Notes: a model not told the origin generated them from the letters alone. Shown: positions 27,857-37,817, counted from the first letter of the stretch. The stretch: DNA of 64,000 nucleotides from an uncultured Fibrobacterota bacterium (GCA_963729895.1 CAVSQB010000002.1:1-64000), one strand, 5' to 3'. Program-made: numbers and translations.

Positions 27857-28591
27857 ATGAAAATCGCCCTGATTTCCGACATCCACGCCAACCTTGAAGC
27901 GCTCGAAGCAGTCCTCGCCGACATCGCAACCAGGAAGGTGGACGAAACGCTCTGCCTCGGCGACATCGTAGGGTACGGCGCGAACCCCAACGAGTGTATC
28001 GAACTCATCAAGAAATCCTGTACCATGGTCCTGCTTGGCAACCACGACGCAGCCGCCGTGGGAATGCTTTCCACCCAGCATTTCAATATTCACGCAAAAA
28101 TCGCAATCGAGTGGACAACCGACAATCTCAAGAAATGGGGATCCGACTATCTCAAGAAACTTCCTCTCAAGGAGATCAGGTTCACCCACACCCTCGTTCA
28201 CGCCACGCCCTACGAACCGAACATGTGGTACTATATCACGTCTCTCGAGGAAGCGGCGTTCAATTTCCAGTTCTTCGAAACGCAGTTCTGCTTTGTGGGC
28301 CACACGCACATCCCCATCATTATTGTTCTTGAACAGGAAAAGGAAGTGTACGTGCACCAGGGCGAATCCCTGCAGTACGCAGATCTTGCCAACGTGCGGT
28401 TCCTCATCAACGTGGGAAGCGTCGGCCAGCCGCGCGACAGGAATTCGAAGTCCTGCTATGGCATCATCGATACCGACGCGAAGGTCTTCACCTATCACCG
28501 CATCGCCTACGACGTGCAGAAGGCCCAGGCAAAAATGCGGAAAATCAAGATGCCCGAGTTCCTGATCACCAGGCTCGAAGAGGGCAGGTAA
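27857..28591 (+). CDS. Calcineurin-like metallophosphoesterase
   Basis: SDIHAN; GDIVGYG; GNHD; GHTH; NVGSVGQPRD. Confidence 0.93.
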   Translation: MKIALISDIHANLEALEAVLADIATRKVDETLCLGDIVGYGANPNECIELIKKSCTMVLLGNHDAAAVGMLSTQHFNIHAKIAIEWTTDNLKKWGSDYLKKLPLKEIRFTHTLVHATPYEPNMWYYITSLEEAAFNFQFFETQFCFVGHTHIPIIIVLEQEKEVYVHQGESLQYADLANVRFLINVGSVGQPRDRNSKSCYGIIDTDAKVFTYHRIAYDVQKAQAKMRKIKMPEFLITRLEEGR

Positions 28592-28619
28592 CGGCCGTAA
28601 TTCTGGACGGGAGTCCGCT

Positions 28620-30614
28620 ATGAAAAAATGCATCCTCGCGTTGGAAGTCTTCGCGGCGCTTTTGTGCGCTTGCGCCAACAACCAGAGCCCGTTTACCAAT
28701 CCGGCAGACGCGAAAATCGTCCCGGACAAATCTCTGCATTCCCTGGATGCCAAGTCCGACTCGGTGAATGCATTTTCCACACAGCCCTGCACGGTGGAAG
28801 TCTACCTGCCCAAGCTGCTCGACAGCTTTGACGTCCATTTGACCGTGGGCGGAAAAGACAGCATCATCGCGAGCGGCCCCATCGCAGGCACCCAATTCAC
28901 GTTTCCTCTCACCGTCGCGGGGCCGGGCGTCTGCAGCCTCAAGGTGGTGGTTGTCAAATCGAATAATACGCACGATTCCATTTCCCGCGCACTTACCGTT
29001 TATTCTTCGGTCATCTCCATGCTTCTCCCGGCAAAAGACTCCCTGCTGCTGGGGCGGACGTACGCGTGTTCGCTTATCGTGAGCCACCCCGAGCTGGCCG
29101 ACAGCATTCTTGGGCACCTTCTGGTGGGCGCTTCCGACACCGTGGTGTTCCGCGGCGCGTCTGCCGCCGCGGTCGGATTCCGGTTCCCGTGCCCTGCCGC
29201 CGGCGCATTTTCCCTGCGGGTCACGACGCTTGCCCGCGGCATGGTCCGCGATTCGTTGACAAAAGCTTTTGCCGGCTATTACCTTCTGGCTCCCCAGGCT
29301 TCGTCGTTCCATGCGCTCATGCCGCCCGACTCATTCACCTTCACGTTCGTTGCCACCGACCTGGACAGCAACCTCTGGGGCGGCTACACCTGGACAGGCG
29401 CAACAACCGCCAACAGCCAGCAGACCATTTTTCCTCCCAAGAACCTCAACCACAGCACCCTGATGAGGACAATACGGGTTCTGGGAGATTCCGCGGTGCG
29501 GAAATTCCCGGACACCATCGTGTGCAGCGCGGTGGTGCTGTACCCGGACAGTGCGGTGAGCGGCGTGGCGGTGTGCACGCTTTTTGTGAGCGACACCACC
29601 AAACCGAACATCATCATCATTTCGCCCACCGATTCCGTCAACCCGATCCCTTCGCCGGTAACGGTCAAGGCGGTGGTTACCGATCTTGTGGGCATCGATT
29701 CGGTGAAATTCGACAGCCTGCCGATGGTGTACACCAACGATACCGCGCTGTTCGTGTTCTCGCCTGCCGACTCCGGCAAGCATACCGATTCCATTATCGC
29801 AATCGACAGGGCGGGCAACAGAAGCCGACTCGTGCTCACCATGCATATTCAGGGAAGGATAGTGTCCCCGCCCCAGATCAAGGACACCACCCTTAGCAGG
29901 GCAACCTCGGCTGGGCTCCCCTTTGCTCCGATTTGGCTTGACACATGCGTCATCATCGCGGACACGAGCATCCACGACAAGGCCGAATACGCAAAAGACT
30001 CGCTTTCCTGGGTTATCACCGACAGCGCAAACAACCAGCTGAGCGTCCCCGCGTCACATGTCTTTACCGTTCCATTTCCCAGAGACTCCTCGTCTGCCGG
30101 CGTTCTCATAGACTCGTCGTTCTCCGGCACCATCAAGCTGGCATTTAAGGTCTTTGTCACGAACAATCCCGCCCTCTACGGCGTCGGGCAGCCGTCGTTC
30201 TTTGTGACCAAGGCGAACTTTCCGCCCGTGATAACATTCCCTTCAGGCCAATGCTTCACCAATTTCAGGACCGACACTATTTATCTGGACACAATCACAA
30301 CGGCGCATGACCCCAATGACCCGCTGTCCAGTCTCAACTGGACCTTTTCAAACGGGAAACACTTCAAGGTCGATTTACAATATTCGTCACTCAGGCTTTT
30401 GAAGGCATCGGAATCCGAGGCACTTTCGGTTGTTAATCCAATAATTCCAATCCAGTTTTTTAACCGTCACATCGTAATCGACACTGTTTCAGTCGCCGAC
30501 ACGTCGTTTGACGGCACGGACACGATAACTTTTACGGCGACAGACCCGGGCGGGCTGACAGCCACCAAGAAAGTCGGCTTTACTCGCCCCTGCCTATTTC
30601 ACTTTCCCCTCTGA
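28620..30614 (+). CDS. Large lipoprotein with Ig-like beta domains
   Basis: Lipobox-like CAC; DTTKP.I, DRAGN and TATDPGG Ig/cadherin-like motifs. Confidence 0.78.
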   Translation: MKKCILALEVFAALLCACANNQSPFTNPADAKIVPDKSLHSLDAKSDSVNAFSTQPCTVEVYLPKLLDSFDVHLTVGGKDSIIASGPIAGTQFTFPLTVAGPGVCSLKVVVVKSNNTHDSISRALTVYSSVISMLLPAKDSLLLGRTYACSLIVSHPELADSILGHLLVGASDTVVFRGASAAAVGFRFPCPAAGAFSLRVTTLARGMVRDSLTKAFAGYYLLAPQASSFHALMPPDSFTFTFVATDLDSNLWGGYTWTGATTANSQQTIFPPKNLNHSTLMRTIRVLGDSAVRKFPDTIVCSAVVLYPDSAVSGVAVCTLFVSDTTKPNIIIISPTDSVNPIPSPVTVKAVVTDLVGIDSVKFDSLPMVYTNDTALFVFSPADSGKHTDSIIAIDRAGNRSRLVLTMHIQGRIVSPPQIKDTTLSRATSAGLPFAPIWLDTCVIIADTSIHDKAEYAKDSLSWVITDSANNQLSVPASHVFTVPFPRDSSSAGVLIDSSFSGTIKLAFKVFVTNNPALYGVGQPSFFVTKANFPPVITFPSGQCFTNFRTDTIYLDTITTAHDPNDPLSSLNWTFSNGKHFKVDLQYSSLRLLKASESEALSVVNPIIPIQFFNRHIVIDTVSVADTSFDGTDTITFTATDPGGLTATKKVGFTRPCLFHFPL

Positions 30615-30638
30615 TCTTTCACGGCAGCCCGCTTCTAG

Positions 30639-30683
30639 AAACAAGAAGGGCTTCTCCGCCATACGGAGAAGCCCTTCTTGTTT
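30639..30683. terminator. Bidirectional terminator
   Basis: Perfect 20-bp stem AAACAAGAAGGGCTTCTCCG / CGGAGAAGCCCTTCTTGTTT between convergent genes. Confidence 0.85.
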
Positions 30684-30701
30684 TTTCTCTTTTGGCGACG
30701 T

Positions 30702-31022
30702 CTATTTCGGCGCCTGCGGCGAACCCTTTGCCTGCAACGCATCCGAAATAGACCCCTTGAATTCGTTGGAATACTTGAACAGGGGCACCACGCGTTTTAG
30801 AAGCGGGACCACCTCGCCTGTTTTCGGATTGCGCGCCGGGCGGGGTTTGCGGATCCGGGTGTAGAAGGTGCCGAACCCGCGAATTTCGATGTTCTTGCCG
30901 GTCTCGAGGTTCTTCGCAATGGTTTCGAGGAGTTCCTCAACGACAATTTTGGTGTCGGCCTGGGTGAGGCCGGTCGACTTCGACACGTCGACGATGAGAT
31001 CGTGCTTGGTGGTGTTGGACAT
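30702..31022 (-). CDS. HU/IHF-family DNA-binding protein
   Basis: MSNTTKHDL; IEIRGFGTF; ARNPKTGE; GAGGAGG RBS. The 376-aa ORF call overextends the start. Confidence 0.95.
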   Translation of the reverse strand: MSNTTKHDLIVDVSKSTGLTQADTKIVVEELLETIAKNLETGKNIEIRGFGTFYTRIRKPRPARNPKTGEVVPLLKRVVPLFKYSNEFKGSISDALQAKGSPQAPK

Positions 31023-31051
31023 GGATGCCTCCTCGGGCGCAAAATGTACTC

Positions 31052-31141
31052 TTATTACTCCGGCGACCAAATACGCATACAAAAACACGTCTTCTGGTAT
31101 AACAGCTCCGCAATCTACGTAACTTGTGGCCGGAGTAATAA
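31052..31141 (-). promoter_or_regulatory. 90-nt extended hairpin in the leader of the HU/IHF gene
   Basis: Perfect 13-bp terminal IR TTATTACTCCGGC / GCCGGAGTAATAA; the inner helices pair with G-U wobbles only on the minus strand. Confidence 0.6.
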
Positions 31142-31164
31142 TATCAAATAATTGACAAAGAAAG

Positions 31165-32760
31165 TCAAGCAAAAATCGTGCAGGAGTGACGCACCTTCCC
31201 GACATACGGCGTTGCAAGGAGGCGAAAAACGTCGAGGGTGCAGACCTGTTTTCGCACATCGGCGCTGCGCGGCCGGTTGCGGCCCGGGGCCGCAGGCTTT
31301 CCAAAGAAGACTTTGGAGAAGGACGCGGCAAAGGCCCTGGGCCCAAAGCCGTCGGCGACGCGCTTCCTGTTTCGGGCCACCAGCCGCGAGCGTACTCGCA
31401 GTGCGGCACGCAGTGATTGCACAAGCGCCCTGGTTTGCACAGGAAACTCGCGCTTCCACTGGAATACGAGCGACGGCTTTTTGCATAGACATTCAAGAAT
31501 GGCGCACTGGGTGGCGCTGTCGAGGCAGCCGAAATCGATGCCGCGCCCGCGCACGAATGCGCGGTCGAACTGCCGGGAAAACAGTTTGAACGCGGGGAAC
31601 GTTTCTTGCGGGCCGGCGCAGATTTGCATCCGCTCATGGTAGCGGTGCTTGAGTCTGCGTTCGTCCACCCATTCGCGGGGGACAAGAAGCCAGCGGTAGA
31701 GGCCCGACACATCGATATCGGCGCCGGGTGGTGCGCCCGCAGGTATCCTGCCGACAAGCGCCTTGTTGTGCAGCCACGGCTCGTACAGGCCATAGCCGAA
31801 CCCTTCGAGCACCGATGTGGAAATGCACGCATCCGCGGCGCTACACAAGAGCGAATATGCCGACGCCTGATTTTTCCCGACGGGCCCCATTAGCCGGCCG
31901 CTGTCGAACACCGCCCGGATGCCGTGGCGCGCGCACAGCCGCCTGAGGCGGACTGCAAGCCTCTTGTCGGCGCTGCTCGTTCCGTCTTCGCCCAGGAGAA
32001 GGTTCGACGAGAAGAAGAAGTGTGAGAGCACAATCGCCTCCACCGGGTTCTTCCTCGACACGATGCGCGCCGGGTAGAACAGCGCGGGCAGACGGCTGTC
32101 GAACGCAGCGCGCTCAAGCCTGCGAAGCACCGTTTCCGGACTTGGGGACCGCATGTGCTCTGCCGGAATATCCACCGGGTTGCGCACCAGCCGCACCGGG
32201 TATCGCGCCCTGGCAAGCACGCGAAGCGTGCGGGGACTCACCGCCACAAAGCACAGGTTCGGCAGCGCCGGGTACAAATCGCCCCACAGCCGTATGCCGC
32301 GCCGTTCAAGCCGCCCTATTTGTTCCATGAGATCGGTGCGGCCCTCTTCCGCAAAATCATGGACAACCGAGAAAAACCGGAACTCGCCGCCGTTCTTTTG
32401 AAGACGCCGCGCAAGGCCCGCGAAAGCGGATGAAAGCGCGGCGTTCTTGCACAGGTTCATGTTGTGCCCCACAACATGAACGGGCGCGGGAAGACCGGGC
32501 GACGTGACGATTGTCTCCAGCCGGGAAAGCAGCCTTGTTCCGGCCGCAACAAATGAGGCCCGCGATTGAAACGTCCGGTAGCCGCAATCCTTGACATCTA
32601 TTACTTTGCAGCCGTGCATCTCAGCCCGGGCCGCGCACACCGCAATGCTCGCGCTCTTGTCTCCGCCCCCCGCAATGAACGCCGCGGCGTAACGCTCCAT
32701 GACCGCCGCGACGCCGCCCGGCCTGTTGTGGTAGTGAATCTGGACAAACGATCCCTTCAT
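31165..32760 (-). CDS. Putative GT-B (GT4-like) glycosyltransferase
   Basis: HYH.RPGGV; HN.NL.KN; HDFAE; YPAR...RKN.VE; STS..EGFG..L.E motif; start overlaps the xerD stop. Confidence 0.78.
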   Translation of the reverse strand: MKGSFVQIHYHNRPGGVAAVMERYAAAFIAGGGDKSASIAVCAARAEMHGCKVIDVKDCGYRTFQSRASFVAAGTRLLSRLETIVTSPGLPAPVHVVGHNMNLCKNAALSSAFAGLARRLQKNGGEFRFFSVVHDFAEEGRTDLMEQIGRLERRGIRLWGDLYPALPNLCFVAVSPRTLRVLARARYPVRLVRNPVDIPAEHMRSPSPETVLRRLERAAFDSRLPALFYPARIVSRKNPVEAIVLSHFFFSSNLLLGEDGTSSADKRLAVRLRRLCARHGIRAVFDSGRLMGPVGKNQASAYSLLCSAADACISTSVLEGFGYGLYEPWLHNKALVGRIPAGAPPGADIDVSGLYRWLLVPREWVDERRLKHRYHERMQICAGPQETFPAFKLFSRQFDRAFVRGRGIDFGCLDSATQCAILECLCKKPSLVFQWKREFPVQTRALVQSLRAALRVRSRLVARNRKRVADGFGPRAFAASFSKVFFGKPAAPGRNRPRSADVRKQVCTLDVFRLLATPYVGKVRHSCTIFA

Positions 32761-33665
32761 GGCGCCTGCTTCGCGTATCGCGGGTGAAAACTCCGGTGAA
32801 CTTCCTTGAGGTATTCGCGGTCCACGTGGGTGTAGATCTCCGTGGTGACGATGTTGGCGTGTCCGAGCATCTCCTGTACGGCGCGCAGGTCCGCACCGCC
32901 CTCGAGCAGGTGCGTGGCGAACGAATGCCGGAAGGTGTGCGGCGAAACGTGCTTGGTGATGCGCGCCGCCCGCACGCACCGCTGAATGATCTTCCAGATT
33001 GCCATTCGAGAAAGCCTGCGGCCGCCCCGGCCGAGAAACACGGTACTGTCCGAATGCGACTTTGAAAAGAACGGCCGCTCGGTGGTGCGGTAATCCTCGA
33101 TCCACGACAGGGCCGTGTCGCCGATGGGCACGAGCCGCTCCTTGGAGCCCTTGCCGACCACGCGTACCAGTCCTTCCGCAGCAAGGATCTGTTCCATGGT
33201 GAACTCGGCAATCTCTGACACGCGCATTCCCGTTGCGTACAGCGTTTCCAGCATGGCGCGGTTGCGGATGCCGCCGCGCTTTGTGAGGTCGATGGCCTCA
33301 AGCACGCGCGTTATTTCCTCCACGGTAAGCACCGAGGGAAGATAGCGGCTCGATTTGGGGCCCTCCAGAAGCTCGGTGGGGTCGGAAGCAACGATTCCCT
33401 CGGACACGACAAAGGCGAAATAGGCCCTCAGTGAAGCAAGCGTGCGTTGAATTGACGTGGCGGCAAAGCCGACGTCGAACAGATCGCGAATGTACCGATG
33501 CAGAATGTCCGGCTCAACGTCGTCGAGCCGCTCTATTCCCATCCTGGTAAGGTAGGCGGCCAGGCGCGTGAGGTCGAAGGTGTACGACGCCAGCGTATTG
33601 GCGCTGAGCGTTTTTTCCAGTTTGAGATAGGAGCAAAACGAGGTAAGGTGCGGAAGCGCGTTCAT
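32757..33665 (-). CDS. xerD: Tyrosine recombinase XerD
   Basis: LS.NT..SY..DL; LYATGMRVSE; GKGSKER.VP; SPHTFRHSFATHLLEGGADLR.VQEMLGH...TTEIYTH. Confidence 0.9.
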   Translation of the reverse strand: MNALPHLTSFCSYLKLEKTLSANTLASYTFDLTRLAAYLTRMGIERLDDVEPDILHRYIRDLFDVGFAATSIQRTLASLRAYFAFVVSEGIVASDPTELLEGPKSSRYLPSVLTVEEITRVLEAIDLTKRGGIRNRAMLETLYATGMRVSEIAEFTMEQILAAEGLVRVVGKGSKERLVPIGDTALSWIEDYRTTERPFFSKSHSDSTVFLGRGGRRLSRMAIWKIIQRCVRAARITKHVSPHTFRHSFATHLLEGGADLRAVQEMLGHANIVTTEIYTHVDREYLKEVHRSFHPRYAKQAP

Positions 33666-33672
33666 GCAGAGG

Positions 33673-34311
33673 TCACTCCACAAGGAACGGATTGAGCCGC
33701 CGCTCCCTGCCGATCGTCGTCCTTCCTCCATGTCCCGGATACACGACGGTTTCATCCGGCAGTGCGAGCAGTTTCTCCTTGATGCTGCGCAGGAGAAGGC
33801 CGCCGTCGCTGCCGGGAAAGTCGTAGCGGCCGATCGACCCGGCAAAAAGGGAATCGCCGGAGATGCACGCAGTTTCGCCGTTGTCCCGGAATACCAGGGC
33901 CACGCCGCCGGGGCTGTGGCCGGGCACGTGCAGCACCTCGAAGGAAAAGGCGCCTACGACACGAGGCCCCTCCACAAGATCGTAGGTCTCTCCTGTAAAC
34001 GAGAAGGCCGCGCCGATCATAAATGACCCGTTGAACTGCGCATTGCGAAGCATGGGTTTTTCGTCGGGATGCACCCACACCTGCGCCGCCGGGGCAAACT
34101 CCCTGATTTCCGAAATGCCAAGCAGATGATCGAAATGGCCGTGCGTGAGGAGGATGGCTTCCACACGCAACTTCTTTGACGCAAGATCGCCGAGCAGTTC
34201 GCCGCAATTGTCCGAGGGGTCGATAACCAGTACCGGCTCCTGCTTCCCCGACACGACATAGGTGTTGGTCTCGAGCGGGCCGGTGACGAATCTGGTAATG
34301 GCGATGTTCAT
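33673..34311 (-). CDS. MBL-fold metallohydrolase (glyoxalase II-like)
   Basis: THGHFDH; PGHSPG; GDSLF.GSIGR.D; YPGHG..TTIG.E...NPF. Confidence 0.93.
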   Translation of the reverse strand: MNIAITRFVTGPLETNTYVVSGKQEPVLVIDPSDNCGELLGDLASKKLRVEAILLTHGHFDHLLGISEIREFAPAAQVWVHPDEKPMLRNAQFNGSFMIGAAFSFTGETYDLVEGPRVVGAFSFEVLHVPGHSPGGVALVFRDNGETACISGDSLFAGSIGRYDFPGSDGGLLLRSIKEKLLALPDETVVYPGHGGRTTIGRERRLNPFLVE

Positions 34312-34346
34312 GGGCTTCGACTAAAATAATTGCTGGCCGGCGTGAA

Positions 34347-35828
34347 TTACACCAGCCCCAAAAACCTCGACGGTTCCAGCTGTCTCGTCCTTCCGTATAA
34401 TTCTTTTTTTCTCACGGACACAAGCCACAGGAAGCGCTTTGCCCTGGTTATGCCAACATAAAACAGGCGTTTCTCCTCGACCACTTCGTCGGCATCGCCC
34501 TTCGCGCCGCGGAGGACCGACGCAATTTTCGTGAAAAGCGACGTGCCTCCGGCGCGCGTCTTCCTTTTCGGGAAAATGCCTTCCTCAAGGTCGCACAGGA
34601 ACACTGCATCGAATTCCATTCCCTTGCTCCCGTGAACCGTCAGCAACTGCGGCCCTTCGTTGGAAAACTGCGGGGCCGCTTTCAAGGCCTCTGCCGCTTT
34701 GTCAAGCGTCCGGTTCAGGCGGAAGAGGACCGCGCACTCGCGGAATGCGATGCCGTGTTCCGCCTTGAGCGCAACGATAGAAGGTATGAGCCACGACACC
34801 ATCGCCTCATCCGATTCGAGGAGTATCCTGCGGGGAGCATGCCGTTTCACGAACGCGGGTGCGAAAACGCGACCGGCCACAAGGACTTTCCGGAAGTCTT
34901 TCGGCTTGTCGCGGAAGACCCTGTTGGCGGCGTTGAGGATCGCGGCCGTGCTCCGGTAGTTTGTTTGCAGCTTGAGAATGCATGCCCTCGGGAACCGGGC
35001 CGCGAATTCCATGATGGTCTTCCGGTCTGCGCCCTGGAACCCGTAGATTGCCTGGTCGTCATCGCCCACGGCGAAGAGCGGTTTTTGGGGCAACAGGAGG
35101 CGCTTGAGCAGCTGCACCTGCACCGGATTCGTGTCCTGAAATTCGTCGACCAGGATTGCGCGGAATCGCGACAGGCATCGGCCGGCTACCTCATGGTGCG
35201 TGTCGAACAGCATGAGGGCGCCCGTAATAAAATCCGAAAAGTCCCAGAGCCCGCGCTCCTTTTTGGCGTTTGCATACCTTGATTCGATTGCGGCCAGCGC
35301 GGACAGGGCCTCGGGTGAAAACGCGCCGGTTGCCCGGGGCACCGCGGCGCGCCGCGCGACAAGCGCCGAGAGTTCGAGCACGTCCATGCAGAGCGTGGCC
35401 CGCTCCTCTCGCGTGGACGCCTCGGCGATCATTCGAAGTCGCGTTGCGGCGGACACCAGCCGCGGCCGCGTTGTGTAGCCGAGCAACCGATACAGCGGCG
35501 CGTTGTTTTCCGGATGAAGAAGAAATCGCAGGCAGAATGCGTGAAACGTGGTGACCAGCGGCCCTCCTGCCGGGGAATTGCCTTTTGCAAACAACGCGGC
35601 CCGCTGCGCCATCTCGCGGGCGGCGGCGCGCGTAAAGGTGAGCGCGAGGATGTTGTCGCCGGGGCAATACTCCCGCGCAAGAAACGCGATGCGCCTCGTG
35701 AGCACGGTCGTCTTGCCGCACCCGGCGCCCGCCAATACCAGCACCGGCGACGCAACGGAAGCGGTGACGGCGGCCGCCTGTTCCGGGTTCAGTCCGGCAA
35801 GAATGGCGTGAAGATCGTTGTGTGGCAT
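34347..35828 (-). CDS. Short UvrD/Rep-family SF1 helicase
   Basis: LNPEQ; AGAGCGKT; TFH; VDEFQD; VGDDDQAIYGF; NYRS; TVHGSKGMEF; EEKRLFYVGITRAK. Confidence 0.92.
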   Translation of the reverse strand: MPHNDLHAILAGLNPEQAAAVTASVASPVLVLAGAGCGKTTVLTRRIAFLAREYCPGDNILALTFTRAAAREMAQRAALFAKGNSPAGGPLVTTFHAFCLRFLLHPENNAPLYRLLGYTTRPRLVSAATRLRMIAEASTREERATLCMDVLELSALVARRAAVPRATGAFSPEALSALAAIESRYANAKKERGLWDFSDFITGALMLFDTHHEVAGRCLSRFRAILVDEFQDTNPVQVQLLKRLLLPQKPLFAVGDDDQAIYGFQGADRKTIMEFAARFPRACILKLQTNYRSTAAILNAANRVFRDKPKDFRKVLVAGRVFAPAFVKRHAPRRILLESDEAMVSWLIPSIVALKAEHGIAFRECAVLFRLNRTLDKAAEALKAAPQFSNEGPQLLTVHGSKGMEFDAVFLCDLEEGIFPKRKTRAGGTSLFTKIASVLRGAKGDADEVVEEKRLFYVGITRAKRFLWLVSVRKKELYGRTRQLEPSRFLGLV

Positions 35829-35888
35829 AAGGCCGGACGCAATGGCATCAGCGAAGAAGCAGAGACCGAATCTTCCTGCGCGGCGCAA

Positions 35889-37577
35889 TCACGGCTGCAT
35901 GGCCGCCTGCACCCCGAGGTCCCACGAATAATAGGTGTAGTCCTCGGCGATCCGCTCGTAATCCTCCTCAATTACCCTGCGGTCGTTCGATACCGCGATG
36001 ATGTCTTTTCTGTCAAGAAACGGCTTGTGGTTGAACGTAAACCTGTTGAGAAACGACCCGTCGAGTGAAAACACCACGACCTCGGCATAGTCCAGAAGGT
36101 CGACGCGGACAAACACCTCGAAGGTCTCGGTGACGTTGAGCACGCGCGCGGACAGTACCTCGTCGCCGCAGCCGTAGTAATAGGTTGCCACCGTGCCCTT
36201 GCTCTCGTGCTCCAGGCTCAAGGCGTACGGGCACGACGACGTGGGCAGACGGTCGAGGGAATCCCGGAGGTGTCTAATTGGGGCCGGCAGCGTTGAGGAA
36301 ATTTGCGAGAATTTCCGCTTGAGTTCCCTGTTCGGCTCCCTGCTGATAAAAACACGGTATCCCTTTACCGTGAGATCCTTGACCGTGGCCTTGCGCTTCT
36401 TGCCCTTGTCGTCGCGGTACACGATATCGGGCAGCATCTTCTTTTCCTTTTCCTCGGGGCATTCGAGCAGGAGCGGCTTGAACGAGAACCTGCGCTGCTG
36501 GTTTATCAGGTCTTCGTGTTCCGGGGAAATAATATGGGAAATATACCGGTAGAACAGGCGTTTTTTTACGTCGATGGTGCGCTTGCCATAATCGATGAGG
36601 CCGTAGAAGATGTCTCCGTTTTTGTCAACGGCAGGCGTAAACACGTACTGGCCCGGTCTCTTGACGGTAAAATTCGTGTTGTTCTTCTTGTCGAACTCAA
36701 GGACCGCGTCCACAATCACCTGCTTGAGCAATTCATTGCTGTAGAGCATGTTGCCGGCCGCGTCGCACAAGTACAGCTTCTGGTCGCTCTCCGGGTCCTG
36801 GGAACCGAGCGTCGTGTGGACGCCGTAGTAGTACAGTTTCCCGTCCATGGTGTAGGTCCCGAGCGGGTTGATGAGATGCTTCTGGACGTCGATTTTCTGG
36901 TCGTGCAGCAGCCCGGAGAAAAAAGACTCGAACACGCCGTTCTTTTCGACGATGAGCGGCGAAGTGAAAGAATAGAATCTGTCAAGAGACCACCACCGCT
37001 CTCCGCCCGCGAGCGAGGTGTACCCTACCAGATTAGGCTGCAGAAACAGCTTGGTTGCCATGTCGTCGGTGATGCAGTTGTTCGCCAAATTGAACAACTG
37101 GGCGCTCTCTATATCTTTGAACGTCGCATATTGCGCGGGATCCACCTTACTGAGGCCCTTTTTGTACAGCCTCTTTTGAAGCACTTCGAGCCCCACGTTC
37201 TTGTCCGGCGACCTTCTGTAATAGAGAAGCGTCGACTGGTCGAGCGGATACGCGAGCCGCAACCTTCTGGGGTCGTCCTTGGCGAGCCTCTTGTTCTCCT
37301 TGAACACCGAGGCGGAGTCCAAGAGTGCGCCCGTCTGGTTGTAGAGAACATAGCCGTTTACAGAATAGAACAACAGGGTCCTTCCCTCCATGATAACGGG
37401 GCCGGAAAGCACCTGTCGCATATCGTCGCTGCTCGGGCATCCGAACAGGGAATTCTCGTCGGGGGTAAGATACATGGTAAAACAGAGCGTGTCGTTGGCA
37501 TGTTGGGCCGCTGCGTAGGCCAGGGGCATGAGCGTCCACAGGGAAAACAAGACCCGCAGCACGGCGTTTTTTGTCAT
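35889..37577 (-). CDS. Exported hypothetical protein
   Basis: Signal-peptide-like N-terminus (MTKNAVL...AYA); long ORF collinear with the operon. Confidence 0.75.
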   Translation of the reverse strand: MTKNAVLRVLFSLWTLMPLAYAAAQHANDTLCFTMYLTPDENSLFGCPSSDDMRQVLSGPVIMEGRTLLFYSVNGYVLYNQTGALLDSASVFKENKRLAKDDPRRLRLAYPLDQSTLLYYRRSPDKNVGLEVLQKRLYKKGLSKVDPAQYATFKDIESAQLFNLANNCITDDMATKLFLQPNLVGYTSLAGGERWWSLDRFYSFTSPLIVEKNGVFESFFSGLLHDQKIDVQKHLINPLGTYTMDGKLYYYGVHTTLGSQDPESDQKLYLCDAAGNMLYSNELLKQVIVDAVLEFDKKNNTNFTVKRPGQYVFTPAVDKNGDIFYGLIDYGKRTIDVKKRLFYRYISHIISPEHEDLINQQRRFSFKPLLLECPEEKEKKMLPDIVYRDDKGKKRKATVKDLTVKGYRVFISREPNRELKRKFSQISSTLPAPIRHLRDSLDRLPTSSCPYALSLEHESKGTVATYYYGCGDEVLSARVLNVTETFEVFVRVDLLDYAEVVVFSLDGSFLNRFTFNHKPFLDRKDIIAVSNDRRVIEEDYERIAEDYTYYSWDLGVQAAMQP

Positions 37578-37817
37578 GACACAATGCTCGCTGGCGGAGG
37601 TAATGAACTCCCGGCCCGCGCCGGCGGGACAGGCAACTTTAATTATACTCAAATGACCGCAGCGAGTGCACGGTTTTTTTCCTGCGGCCCCGTTCAAAAC
37701 ATTTGTGCCTTGCCGCGCGCCCGCTCTAATAATAAAATAAGTATGGAGGGATGGTGTCGCGCCGGTCTATATGTTATTTTATTCAGGTTCTGTACAAAAC
37801 CGACCAATGAGGGACAA

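Noticed and set aside
32757..33665. Integron integrase or prophage integrase
   Set aside because: The sequence is typical XerD, lacks the IntI-specific insertion and sits in a housekeeping operon.
30702..33845. Long N-terminal extensions on the HU/IHF (376 aa), glycosyltransferase (646 aa) and XerD (362 aa) ORF calls
   Set aside because: The extensions overlap upstream same-strand genes; RBS and motif positions support the shorter starts at 31022, 32760 and 33665.
36303..37817. 5' part of the 711-aa plus-strand ORF
   Set aside because: Antisense to the 35889-37577 gene; the real gene begins at 37818.
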